DNA of 64,000 nucleotides from Chiloscyllium plagiosum (taxonomy: Eukaryota), in assembly GCF_004010195.1 (NCBI RefSeq), contig NC_057751.1, positions 15,484,241 through 15,548,240 on the forward strand, given 5' to 3'. Position 1 is the first letter of the stretch. Each line of letters starts with the position of its first letter. The position numbers and the translations under genes were made by a program. The notes beneath the pieces were generated by a model, which saw nothing but the letters and a program-made list of their open reading frames with translations, was not told where the DNA came from and did not search any database. Positions 13,917 through 26,344 of this stretch are shown piece after piece.

Positions 13917-14013
13917 GGATGGATAAGGTGTGCAGCTAGATAAAAACACAGCAGGTCAAGCAGCATTAGAGGAGGAGGGGAGTCGATGTTTCAGGTCAGA
14001 ACCTTTCATTATG
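13917..14013 (-). mobile_element. Short Penelope-like terminal fragment
   Basis: Similar to 26138-26344 arm; flanked by atacaatatca at 13906-13916 and 14014-14024. Confidence 0.65.
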
Positions 14014-14229
14014 ATACAATATCAACAGACCAGATCAAATTGGAGCAAGTCACCAAGCACAACAGATTCCAATCCAGCTTAATTTTACTGTAGGGATACC
14101 AATCATTGACCTAAAAGGACACAATATAGCATGGTACAGTATCTAACACATAGTAATACAACAGTGCCAGTGTAAGCCACACCCTGTCCTGACTGAATTC
14201 TGACATGGAGAGGGAAGGAAGCAGTCTCT

Positions 14230-15300
14230 CCCCACAGAGCTTGGTGCCTCATGCATCTTTATAAACTGAAGCAAGTTCAAAACTCCCAAAGCACTTCATC
14301 GAAACACCACTAAATATGACATTGAGCGGTGATCAAAAATTTGCTGAAGGATGTAGATATTCAGGATTGTCTTTCGAGAGTAGTGAAATAGAGAGATGGA
14401 GAACTTGAGGGAGGGAATTCCAGAGCTCAGGGTCCCAGGCAGTTGACGATGTGGCCACCAATGGTGGAGTGATTAAAATCAGGGGTTGCTCAAGAGGCCA
14501 GAATTAGAGGTGTGCAGAGATCTTGAAGGTTTCTGGGGCCTGAGGAGATTCCACAGATAGAGAGGGCCTGTGGCCATGATGGAGGATTTGATAACAAGGA
14601 AGGGAATTCAAAATCAAGACATTACTTGACGGAAAGCCAGTGTAGGTCAGTGAGTACAGGAAGAATAGGGGGAACAGAATTCGTTGAATCCCTAGTGTGG
14701 AAACAGGCCCTTCGGCCCAACAAGTCAACACCGACCCTCTGAACAGTAGCCTACTCAGACCCATTCTCCTACCCTATTACTCTACATTTACCTCCGACTA
14801 ATGCACACCTAACCTACACATCCCTGTACACTATGGGCAATTTAGCATGGCCAATCCACCTAACCTGCACATCTTTGGATTGTGGGAGACAACTGAAGCG
14901 CCCAGAGGAAATGCACGGAGACATGGGGAGAATGTGCAAACTCCACACAGACAGTCGCTCGGGGGTGGAATTGAACCCAGGTACAATTTGAGTTGAGACA
15001 CAAAACACGGAGATTTGGATAAGGTCAAGTTTACGGAGGGTAGAATGTGCAAGACCAGTTAGGAATGCAGTGGAACAGTCAAAGTGGAGAAGTAATAAAG
15101 GTGTGAATGAGGGTTTCGGATGCAGACGAGCAGAAAATGGACCAAAGTTCTTGAAACAGACAGTCTTCCTGATGGCACAAGCATGAATCAGGAACTGACC
15201 TTAGGGCTAAAGGTACAGATGGTTTAATCTCAACAGTTGCTGGGGAGATGAACGGAGTCAGTAGCTAGGGGATGAAGTCTGGAGTGAAGACCGAGAACAG
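14230..15300 (-). mobile_element. Old L2-like LINE fragment interrupted by a SINE
   Basis: gagggaattccagagctcaggg...gtggccaccaatggtggag...ggaagccagtgtaggtcag pattern typical of L2-like 3' regions; similar fragment near 1960-2370. Confidence 0.55.
14685..14985 (-). mobile_element. HE1-type SINE (5'-truncated)
   Basis: ggaaacaggcccttcggcccaacaagtc...gggagaatgtgcaaactccacacagacagtc. Confidence 0.88.
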
Positions 15301-16076
15301 TGCTGAGAACAGAGTATGATGACCGATGCATGCTACACTCCCCTGGTCATCGAAGGTGTGATTCACTGCTTCGCAACATTTCCAAGGGCTAAGGCCATCC
15401 ACCTGTCAGGGTTATATATCCTTCCCTTCCTTCTCTGAGTTCTCACCTTGTTCAATGCACTGTGCCAGTGCAGGTTGAGACGGAATGGGCAACTCTGTTG
15501 TCCTCAGGAGGTGTGTGACAATTTGCTGTCCTCTAATCATCAGCAATTGAACCTTTTATCTTCCATTGATTTCTTGTACTCTTGGGGTCTCTGTTCAGCT
15601 GTGTAGTGCTTCGGGTGGGTGCCTTGACTCCAATAAGCCAGCAGCCATTGCTGATGGTACAGCCAGCCGTGACTCAGCAGGGGTTGCACTCACACAACAG
15701 AGGTGCAAGATTGTGGGTACATGCCCCAGCATCAAAATCCAGGCTGCCACTCCCATACTGAGATAGTGACACTGGTCAAACAGGCCAGAAGACGAGGTGT
15801 TAAACCAAGGGCCCTTATGTGCTTACTCAGAAATGTACTGCTTTGCAGCATTCTCCAACAAGAGCAGGGGATATCTCCCCAAGTTATGACCTATATTTAT
15901 TCCACAGGCAATATAACAAACAAAAACGGATTAATCTGGTCATTGGTCGCTGCTTGTCCCACTTCGCCAGTGACCACACTTCATTCCCACAGCCCGTTGA
16001 GATATGTGCAAATCACTACCCAAACGCAGGTCTTTGGCTCATCTCGCACTGGCCTTTGCTCTGAGTAAATACTCAC

Positions 16077-16237
16077 ATCATTGCCTTCGATCTCAAAGAA
16101 CTCAAACTGGAGGGAGATGCGATACTGGGTCGGTGCCACGACTTGCCAGACACAGTTCTTGTTGGGTGGGTATTCCTTGGGCCACCCTGGGCTGGTTATG
16201 GAGCCATTTAGCTTTGTCAGGAAACCACCACACGCGG
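16077..16237 (-). CDS. bmp1: BMP1 exon ~14: CUB3 start
   Basis: ttgcag|...GAT|gtgag; [54 protein letters not shown]; 161 nt. Confidence 0.96.
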
Positions 16238-17154
16238 CTGCAATTAATAAAACACCATTACTCCAGTAAAAAGCAGAATTTGCAGCAGGAATTCTGTTTC
16301 CAAAAGAGAACATCTTCCAGCTGGGCAAATACAGCCCAATTACTACATACCAGAGGGAGGTCTGGCACTAAACACTCTGCAGTAACTGAGTTTTTTTTAA
16401 ACTCCTCCTTGTTTGTTTATTCCTTATATCTCCATCTCGAGGCTCAGTCACCCTGTTCCCAAGTAATTTAGTACCAAACTCTCGCCCACTATCGCCCACA
16501 CCAAGCATTTAATTTACATTCACTGGCACACTCAGACACACTGGCTTCAGGGCAGTGCACCATGTTGCTCGCAGCTGGCCAACAAGTTTTTCTGCTGTGC
16601 TTCTGTGGCATCGGAGGATGGGACATGACTCTCCCAACCACTAGCCGCACCTTCAACACTCAATGGTAACATTGAACCTGGCATCAGAGCACTTAAAGCA
16701 CTGGGGCTGGCACATTCCAGCAAGGAGCATCTCAATTCTAGGATGATGGCTGTCTTTGGCCTCAGCTTCTCTCCCACATCCATCAGAAAAGGCATTCACT
16801 CTCCTCTCTCCTTTCAAAGTTCTCTCTTTGATTTGCACCGCATAATGGGGGTTGGAAGAATATTGGGATTATTGAAGGACTACTAATCCAGAGACCTGGA
16901 TGTTTTGGAGGCCAGGTTCAAATCCCACCTTAAAGCTTGGGGCATTCAAATTCAACAAACCAATCAGGAATAAAACCCGAGACTCATTAATAATGATGGC
17001 AAAACTACTGGATTGCCCTATAAAAACAAATGGATTCACTGGTTCCCATTAGGGAAGGAAATATGGTTTACATGCATCTCCAAACAGACAGCAACACAGT
17101 GCACTCTTAACTCATCCCCAAAAAGAGTGGAAACAAAATCCCTCTCTTTCTCAC

Positions 17155-17280
17155 CTTCACAGCTTCTCTTGTCGTTTGCCAGCTCGTAGCCAGGATCACA
17201 GGCACACTTGTAACTGCCCAGTGTGTTAACACAGCGTTGCTCACACCCACCATTGTCAGGCCGGGAGCACTCGTCCACCT
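17155..17280 (-). CDS. bmp1: BMP1 exon ~13: calcium-binding EGF1
   Basis: ttctag|...AAG|gtgag; [42 protein letters not shown]; 126 nt. Confidence 0.96.
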
Positions 17281-17949
17281 CTAGAATAAAGACAGCAAAG
17301 AGATCAGCACCAGTTGTGTCTGTGCAGAAACCCCCTGTAACTACACGTAGAGAAGAATGGATCATTTTGCTTTTCACTGAAGGGTAAGAAGGGCAACTAC
17401 CCAGATAGAGAGGAAAATCCAAAATAGGAGCCCCTCTTTCCATTTCCACTGCTGAGAGCTGGTGTTTCAGTCTTCTTTACCCTACTTACTAATAGAAGGC
17501 AGCAATGCTATCTCAGGCAGGCAAACCAACTCCCTGGCTTGGGTGATACCAGTGACATGTGGCTTTGCTAGGAACACTGATGATTCCACATCCCCGACAT
17601 GTATATATTGCAGGAAGAGTGCACCCAGTTGAGCCAGAGGTCAACGGTATATTTCAATGGTCACTTTCCCACCAAATGCAAGCAATCTCCCTGATGATGC
17701 TGAATGCTTTGAAAGGCTGATTATCCTTCCCTGGCAAGTTCTATCCACTCCCTGTTTTCCATGGAAGGCTCCCTAATCTAAGGTGAGTCAACGATTTGCA
17801 CCCGAATGACACAGAGAACGGGAACAGCTTGTTCCTGGGGGTGGCCAGAGTTGGTTTTACTCCGTTCCTGAATCACGCTTTCAAACAGAAATTTGGGGTG
17901 ATATTCGCCTTTTTATTCCTTCCTACCGGCATGTTTCGTCACCTGAGGT

Positions 17950-19360
17950 ACTGCCTTTAAAGTTCTGTGAAGTTTCCTTTCATAATCCTTGATATGTTCT
18001 GTGGACTTTAATACAAAATGCAGGGTGTGGCAGATCTTTATTTTTTGTTCTGTAAACTAAGGAGACCTAAATTTTGCAACACTCTATAATTATTTGTACA
18101 CTTCAATGTTCATAACTCTGCAACCCTTTAAATATGTTGTACTTAATTTTTATTTTAATGATTGCCTATAACTATGTCTGTAATTATACCTATTGTTATG
18201 TCTATAATGTTGCGTCTATTGTTGTCTCTAATTATGATTACTTATTTTATTTGTATCATCACCACAATTCGGCACCTGCTGCCATGATTTTTCAATCATT
18301 CAAATAGCTGCTTATCTATCTCTGTTCTTCCACAGTAGTTAGGCTGATTCTACCAAATCCCTTCTCCCAGCTTATCAACTTCCTTTTGCGATTTCTGCAT
18401 TACCTCCAGTGCTTCTCTTTAGGTAGAAAGAAGCCACAGGGGCTCAGTGGTTAGCACTGCTGTCTCACAGTGTCAGGGACCTGGGTTCAATTCAAGCCTC
18501 AGGTGACTGTCTGTGTGGAGTTTGCACATTCTCCCCACGTCTGCATGAGTTTCTGTCCACAGTCCAAAGATGCGCAGTTCAGGTGGATTGGCTATGCTAA
18601 ATTGCCCATAGTATTCCGGTATGTGTAGGTTAGGTGCATTAGTCTGGGGTAAATATAGGGTGGGGGAATGGGTCTTTTTGGAGGATTGGTGTGGACTTGT
18701 TGGGCCGAATGGCCGTTTCCACACTGGAGGAAATCTATGAGGCAAGAATTGCAAAGTAATTCACGTGCAGCCTGACTTACGCATATTTGTACCATTCCTA
18801 TTGAAGCCTGTGCACCTCAAAATAAACCCCATGATTTTGTTTGCATCAGAATGTTTTGCCTTTTTCTCTCTTTATTTTCTATGGTGTAGACTGTGCTTTG
18901 TCTTCTCTTACCTAAAGCTGACTTGCTGCTCAACTTCCCAGTCTGCACATTTAAAAGCCTTCCTGCCCTTGTCATCAGTGTTACAACTGGCGCCATTCGT
19001 AACTTTTGATAATGCTCAAATAATCTTGTGTGTGGTACCTTAATAAAAATGTGATTGACGTCCATATAAACTCAATCCACTGCATTTCCCTATTGATTCT
19101 GTCTATTACCACCCGAGGTTGTACCATGCTGGGATTGTCCCAGCATAACTGTCCCCTTTGAAATGCAAGCTATTTCTTCCTATTTTCTCCATGATCTCAT
19201 CATCTGCTCAGTTGAACCTTAACTCAAATGCTCTCCACTGCAAATGCTAAGCTTATAAGGCTTGCCAACAGAACGCTGATTGATGCTGCTTAAGTACAAA
19301 TAGGGAGGACAATTCCAAATTGTTTTAGGGCTATGAAAGGTAGGCCCGAGAAGCTTACAT
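17950..19360 (-). mobile_element. Highly decayed CR1-like LINE remnants (AT-rich), split by a SINE
   Basis: Minus strand tatatggacgtcaat...aaggtaccacacacaagatta resembles the RT motif YMDF-KAFDKVPH-RL. Confidence 0.4.
18436..18737 (+). mobile_element. HE1-type SINE
   Basis: ggctcagtggttagcactgctgtctcacag...gggttcaattc; tail ggacttgttgggccgaatggccgtttccacactg. Confidence 0.9.
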
Positions 19361-19417
19361 GTTTTCTCTAACGAGTATTTTGTAATGAGTGAAAGTGGAA
19401 TCGGTCTATGTACCCAC

Positions 19418-19613
19418 CTTTGAAGAAGTTTGCGGAGAAGCCTGCTTTGTTAATGGACCCATCCGACACAAATTTCATCCACAATTTGTTGGAGCTCGAC
19501 TTGATATCATCAGGCTTGTCGTAGCCACAGTAACGGCCAATCAGGGGGCTGTCATCAGTGCTTCCATCACGGACCTCGAGGTAGTCGTATGCACAGCTAT
19601 CGTGTCTCTCAAT
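19418..19613 (-). CDS. bmp1: BMP1 exon ~12: CUB2 end
   Basis: atgcag|...AAG|gtggg; [65 protein letters not shown]; 196 nt. Confidence 0.96.
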
Positions 19614-20848
19614 CTGCATGGGGAGTAAAACAGCTCCAGAGTTTGCGAGTGAAGCTTCAGCAGAACTGGTGTACGCGCACACACTGAAAAAACACACTGC
19701 ATATACACAACCCAAATTATAGCACACTGTGCACACATTCAAATGTCAGACTCACGCGTCACCTATGCACACAGCAGACAGACTCTATACTGAAACACAC
19801 TCACACACGTCAAACCGTACAACATACAACGCACGCAGTGCACGCATTTGATGATATATCTATGACACATACACGAAGCCAGTGTGCCAGAGTTAACGTG
19901 GTGAACTGTTGTATTTGAGCAGCTGGTAATTATAGGTTGGAAAGGAGAGATTAGAGATTGATGCAGTGTCTTAAATCCTGAGGTCAATTCAATACATTGC
20001 AGTGAGCTGTCAATTGTCTGAGCAAATTACTGTCTGTCATCACTCGTTCAGCATTCTTGAGCAGAACTGGAGCTTATCCCATTAAGTTAGTCACTGACAG
20101 GATCTGGTCTCCACCAACATACCAAATATCCTTTCCCTTTCCTGGATACTAATGAAGGAATGGATTCAGTTTGATAACCGCAACAGATCCCATGGCTCCA
20201 TTTCAAAGAAGAGCATGGGAGTTCCCCCAGGGTCCTGCTCACTATTAATCCCATATCTATCATCATCAAAACAGACAGACCAGTCACTAATACACTGTTG
20301 TTTGTTGAACCTTGTTGTGTGCACAGCAGCTGCTGCATTTCATTTATGTGTGAAGCTGACTACAATTCATTGGTACTGAATTGGAAAGTATTTGAATTTA
20401 AATTGAGTCAATTATTTGGATTTGAAGTTGGAAATTGAGAATTCAGTTAACTCAACCTGACAGTGTATGATCTATAGGCTTTCATGCAAAACTGAGTGCC
20501 CCATAGACCTTTCAATTTTATGGTGTGAAAGAAAAAAGCCTGCAGTTTGTAACTGAATCCCAGGAGGAGTTGCCGCTTACAGGATGGGACAATAGATCTG
20601 CAGTGGCAACATCTGATTAGTGATAATGACAGAAAATCCACTTCGTTGTAAGCACACTCTCTATACACAACATGTGTCACAGCAAGTCCAATAAAGCAGC
20701 ATTGACAAAGGCAACATGGAAATCAGCAATAATGTTGATTTCTGGGTGAAGTGATGTGATAACCAATGACTTTTCACACCTAGCCACCTTGTTTTAATCC
20801 ACGTTGATGGCACAGTGTGAGAAATGACTTTTGAAAATTGAAACCTAC

Positions 20849-20994
20849 CTCAAATGACTGAAAGCTGAGCCCAACATGGAAGCTGTCAGAGACTCTTATC
20901 CTCCAAATGCAGACTTTAGATGGCCTGTAGTCATCGGGGTAATTTGGAGACTGTATCTGTCCAAGATCCTTATTGATATCCCCACCACAAATGG
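20849..20994 (-). CDS. bmp1: BMP1 exon ~11: CUB2 start
   Basis: tttcag|...GAG|gtagg; [49 protein letters not shown]; 146 nt. Confidence 0.96.
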
Positions 20995-23796
20995 CTGAAA
21001 TTTAAACACAAGAAAACGTAGCACACTCAGCACTTGCAGCTGCGGTTTTGCTCGGCCTCTATAATCAATCATTGCAGGAGAGTTGAAGTGAACGTTGAGT
21101 GACAGATGGACAAGGAAGTGCTAAAGTGATGAAGCATGGCACCTGCCCTCCAAAGGTTACCTGGGACTCCTGCTATTTGATTACAACAGTAACCCCTCCT
21201 GCTAAGTGCTGAATGAGGAATGCTGGAAGGAATGATTAAATAGCACAAAACAGAGTAACACTGTTCTGGCTCAGGTAAGGAGACAGATGGAAGCCTGACG
21301 ACCTGGTGTTAAGCAGCCCCTCCAGGAGAATAGGGAGGATGGTGGAAGTATGTCTGGTGTCCAGTCTTAGGCACTAAGGCAACAGACAGCACCGTCTTTC
21401 TGGAGCAACAGCTCACCAACTCAAAGCACAAATGGAAATCTAAACAACTGGTCACAATGTCTTGTCCTACTTTTTACAACTGGCTCGATCTTAGGTTGCA
21501 AAGTCATTAAGGCACAAGAAGAGGAGGCTTGGCCCAAACAGTCTCAATCCAGTTTCAACTGCCATTTCTCCTTGGCCACTGTCCCTCCCTATCGCAGCAA
21601 TCTCCTCTTCCAGGCCCATGCTCCATCCCCACTTCCAAAAGGTCTAGTGTCGAGAGCGTTCTCTGATTTGAAAAGCTTCATTATTTGCAACCATGATTCT
21701 AGCTGCCTGGGTCTTGACGTCTGAGATTTCCTTGCTAAACCCATCCACCATTCAATCTCTCTCTGCATTTCTCTCTCAAGCATTCCAACTCCTCCAAACT
21801 AATAATTAAACACTTTGAAAAAGTCCAGAATTGTTCCATTATTTCCTGGGATTTGAACCACATAGACACATTGAGGCTAAAAGTCAAACGCAACTGTGAA
21901 ATCTGAAATTGATCTATTTTTGTTAATTCATTCATGGGATATGGGGTCACTGGCTTGGACTGTATTTATTGTCTATCCCAAGTTGCCTTTGAGAAGGTGG
22001 TGGTGATGTGCCTTCTTACTGTTACTGTTATGGGATTACTGTTGTAATCAAAAAACAGGTAAATGGACATAATATGCAAATGATAATGACTGAACTGAAT
22101 TGTGGGTCGGACTTGAAGGCTGAATGGCCTCCTCCAGTTACAATTTCTGCACTTGACTCTGAAGTTACAGCTGTACATACTGGTCACACTCTGATTGGAG
22201 ACTGCTACAGAGTCAGAGCTGCATGCAATTCAGGTGAACTTTGTGCGAGTTCTTCCCCTCAGCACGTCATCTTTGTTAAACACTCCTGGACTTTCAAAAA
22301 GACCCAATTAGTGAGAGAAATAAAACGAGAAAGACATTTTAAAATTGACAGCACTCTTTTTAAGAGCCTGTGCAAAGAACAGAGTTGCAAACTAATAATT
22401 AAACCCTTTGAAAAAGTCCAGAATTGTTTCATTATTTCCTTAGATTTGTACCACACTAGACGCATTCCTACCCCATCTGGCATTGAGCTACTTGGCCTGC
22501 ACAGGAAATAAAACTCCTGGTGATTTTTCTCCTGTGTATGAAGTTACTTTAAGCTATGCAGCAGCCCTATGGCTATCACAGCACTGCCTGATTACTGATC
22601 CTTGGGTCTAGATTGGGAGGGGAAGGGTGCCTCCCCCTAGACAAACCTTAGGCTCTTCACATTCTGCACTCTGATTTTCTTCCACAGTTTCTTTTAAATG
22701 AATCCTCCCTGTCTCTTCTCCCTGCCTCAGCCCGCTCAGTACCCATCCACTAGTGAGTTGTGTGGGGGTAGCATACCCAGGGACACTTGCACCAGTTGCA
22801 CTCTCAGAATCTGGGCCAAATAACCTGACATGAATTTGGACAGTGACTAATCCGCCTAATGCTGTAAAACACAGCTTGCTGCCGTCATGCTGGCCGTACT
22901 GAGATCCAGGTGTATATGACAATCAAATAAACACAAACCTTTACTCATACTGGGGGCAGAAATGACAGGTTTTTCCTCATTGGGCTCCACCCTCTTACAC
23001 CCACCCATTTTCAGATTGTATCCCTTGATTCTCTCACTCTGCACTAACACTTGTCTAGTCCCTTCCTAATAAACTTACTCCATGCCTCTTTGCAAATGGC
23101 TGATTTTGAGCAGCTCACTGAGAGTAGAAAAGTGATCTGCATTCTGCTGTTGTCTCTCAGATATACGGGAACTAAGCTGACTCTTTTTATGCATTCTTTC
23201 AGGGGATGTTGGTGATATTGGCAAGGCTAACATTTACTGCCCATCTCAAGGGCAATTAGTCATGGGCAGCAAATGCTAACCTTGACAATAACACCAACAT
23301 CCCATGAAAGAACAAAAGGAAAAAAAGTTGCCCTTGAACTGAGAGGCTTGCTAAGTCTTTTTATTTTAAAGGAGACAGGCTTTTCATTTCAGTCTTATTT
23401 AGTGAAATTAAATTGCAACAATTGTGGGATTTGAACCCATACTCCGAATGTATGGGTATGAACCTTGGGGTTACAAACTCAGTGACATTACCATTACAGA
23501 TTCTTGTCTGCACATACCTCCCCACCTCCCTCCTCTTGTATAGTGCCACTGAATTGGCAGGAATCCCTACAGGGAATGGTGATTACAGCCCTAAGTGCCC
23601 AGACAACAAACTTGTCATCCCAAAACAGGCCATTTGGCCTGAACGGTCCAACTTCAATGTGTGCCTCACACAAAGCCTCTTCCCACAATAAAGCAAAAAT
23701 GCCCAGTAATATTGACTATCCCCTTTGTGGAGTACACTTTCTTCTCAGTTCCCAGGGAGGACAACTAAGTAGGGAAGAAAGAATACCCGTGATTAC

Positions 23797-23913
23797 CCTC
23801 ATACACGGCGGAGAATCCTTTGCCAACCCAGCTGCTGCTGCTGCGGAACTCAATCCACAGGCGGCTATCCGTGGAGATGAGAGAGGCAGGAACTTTATCT
23901 CCGCAGAATCTGC
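23797..23913 (-). CDS. bmp1: BMP1 exon ~10: CUB1 end
   Basis: cttcag|...AGG|gtaat; [38 protein letters not shown]; 117 nt. Confidence 0.95.
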
Positions 23914-24227
23914 CTGAAGACAGAAAGAGAGAAACATACACTTAAGTGATCGGGTTAACCACAAGCACAAGCATTGCGGGCTGTCATTGCATTGAACCTT
24001 AATCGATGCTTCTCTCAATTCCTCTGTCAATTCTCAAGTTGTTAAAGGAATTGCTGAATATCAGAGCTGGAGGACTGAGTACAGCTCTGGTTACTGCACC
24101 ATATGAAAGAGTAATTACACGAGACATGGCATAGAAGAAATTTACAAGGATGTTACTTGGGCTAGAGAATTTTAGATACAGGACAGATTGAATTGGGTAG
24201 AACTATTTTTTTTGAAACAGATGAACC

Positions 24228-24541
24228 TAGATTAGATTACTTACAGTGTGGAAACAGGCCCTTCGGCCCAACAAGTCCACAACGACCCCCGAAGCGCAAC
24301 CCACCCATACCCCTACATTTACCCCTTTTAACCTAACACTACGGGCAATTTAGCATGGCCAATTCACCTAACCCGCACATCTTTGTGACTGTGGGAGGAA
24401 ACCGGAGCACCCGGAGGAAACCCACGCAGACATGGGGAGAATGTGCAAACTCCACACAGTCAGTCGCCTGAGTCGGGAATTGAACCCGGGTCTCTGGCGC
24501 TGTGAGGCAGCAGTGCTTACCACTGTGCCACCATGCCGCCC
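24228..24541 (-). mobile_element. HE1-type SINE, young full-length CpG-rich copy inserted in an old CR1 fragment
   Basis: Full head ggcggcatggtggcacagtggtaagc through (aatct)n tail. Confidence 0.92.
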
Positions 24542-24794
24542 ACACAGCGACAACCTAAGGGTCATGTATAAAAATATTCATAGTTTAGATAGAATGGATA
24601 GAATTCCCAGAGTCGGGAATTGAACCCGGGTCTCTGGCGCTGTGAGGCAGCAGTGCTAACCACTGTGCCACCATGCCGCCCACACAGTGACAACCTAAAG
24701 GTCATGTATAAAAATATTCATAGTTTAGATAGAATGGATAGAATTCCCATTGGTTGAGGGGTCCATAAACCACTGGTGTAATTTTAAATTGAGA

Positions 24795-25047
24795 ATGTTA
24801 AAAATCACACAACACCAGATTATCGTCCAACAGGTTTATTTGGAAGGACAACCTTTCGGAGTGCTGCTCCTTCATCAGGTAGCTGGTGAGGCAGAATCAT
24901 AGGACACAGAATTTATAGCAAAAGATCATAGTGTCACACAACTGATGCAATCCATTGAATAAACCTACACTGCTGTTAAATTTCATCGTGTCATACAACT
25001 GACGTGATATATTGAACAAACCTAGATTGCTGTTAAGTGTAATCTAT
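24795..25047 (-). mobile_element. Penelope-like terminal-repeat element (second sub-family) with hammerhead-like core
   Basis: Minus strand CTGATGAaggagcagcactccGAAA at 24854-24878; flanked by tttaaattgaga direct repeat. Confidence 0.65.
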
Positions 25048-26137
25048 ATTTAAATTGAGAGGGAGATGACAATTGGAGGGAAACACATTTTTTTTAACCT
25101 GAAGTGGTGGTGGTCTGAAACACACTGCATGAAAGGATGGTCAAGGGAGAAACCCTCAACACATGTAAGAACATTGTTAAACGATCACAATTTTTCGAAA
25201 CATTTGCATACCACACTTCACAAGTCTATGCACCAAGAGAAATAAGATTGGATGGCAAGTTGTCAGTCAGCACACATGCAGGAGTGGCCTCCTGCTCTGC
25301 TGTAAACTGTAATGATTTTGATGCTGAATGAAGGACAAGCACTGAGCCAGGGAAATCTTTGCTGTTTAGTATGCATTTGACAAACAAATCCAGGAAGATA
25401 GGGTCTTGAGTTACCATCTCATACAGAGATGCGCCTTATCACCGCTATATTAAAAGATCAGCCAAAGCAAAAACACACAGCGACAACAAAACAGACAGAG
25501 GCTGCTTCTAGCAAAGGTGAAGCCAAAACGAACATGCTGAGACAGTCAAACAGGTCTCAACACAGTAGTGGTGCTGCTGTGCCAGATCATCAGATGTAGA
25601 CAGAGAAGCAATTTCATTGTCATAAAAGGGCAAGAAATTAATTCAGCTGGGATTTAAAACGGAATTTGAAAGATGAAGATATCATATTAATTATCGGCTT
25701 CTCAATGTTATCGGAAGTGCAAAGCCAATAAATATCCATCCTCCACCCCAAACACTCCCGGGCGCTGTCTTCTGCTGAAGTATGGCTTCTGGCCAAATTG
25801 TTTAGCCTCACAATTCTCAGATCACCCGAATGCTGCGCTCAGCCACAGAAACTCTGAATTACAGACCCCTCCACAGCTCATGGGATGTCAATGTTGATTC
25901 TGGCTGCCAGCCTTTTGACTGCAGTAAAAGGGTCCGGACAAGTAGCTTGCCAGGTTGCCAGGAGATTATTCACTGCCGCACCATCCCTCTGAACCAGATG
26001 GGAGAACAGTCAGAACCTGTGGTATGAACACCCACTCAAGTTCATAGTCAATTTGTAATAACAAGCTCTGAGGATACAAAGGCGTTTGGAACATCAATTC
26101 CACTCGCTTACTGCACCTTTTATCCAATATTTGACAG

Positions 26138-26344
26138 GGAGAAAGTGAGGACTGCAGATGCTGGAGACCAGAGTTGAAAAATGTGGTGCTGGAAAAACAC
26201 AGCAGGCCAGGCAGCATCCGAGGAGCAGGAGAATCAATGTTTCAGGCATAAGCTAAAGAAGGGCTTATGCCCGAAACGTCGATTCTCCTGCTCTTCGGAT
26301 GCTGCCTGGCCTGCTGTGTTTTTCCAGCACCACATTTTTCAACT
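26138..26344. mobile_element. Palindromic non-autonomous Penelope-like element
   Basis: ~83 bp inverted arms with ~10 nt loop; TSD ccaa(t/c)atttgacag at 26124-26137 and 26345-26358. Confidence 0.8.
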
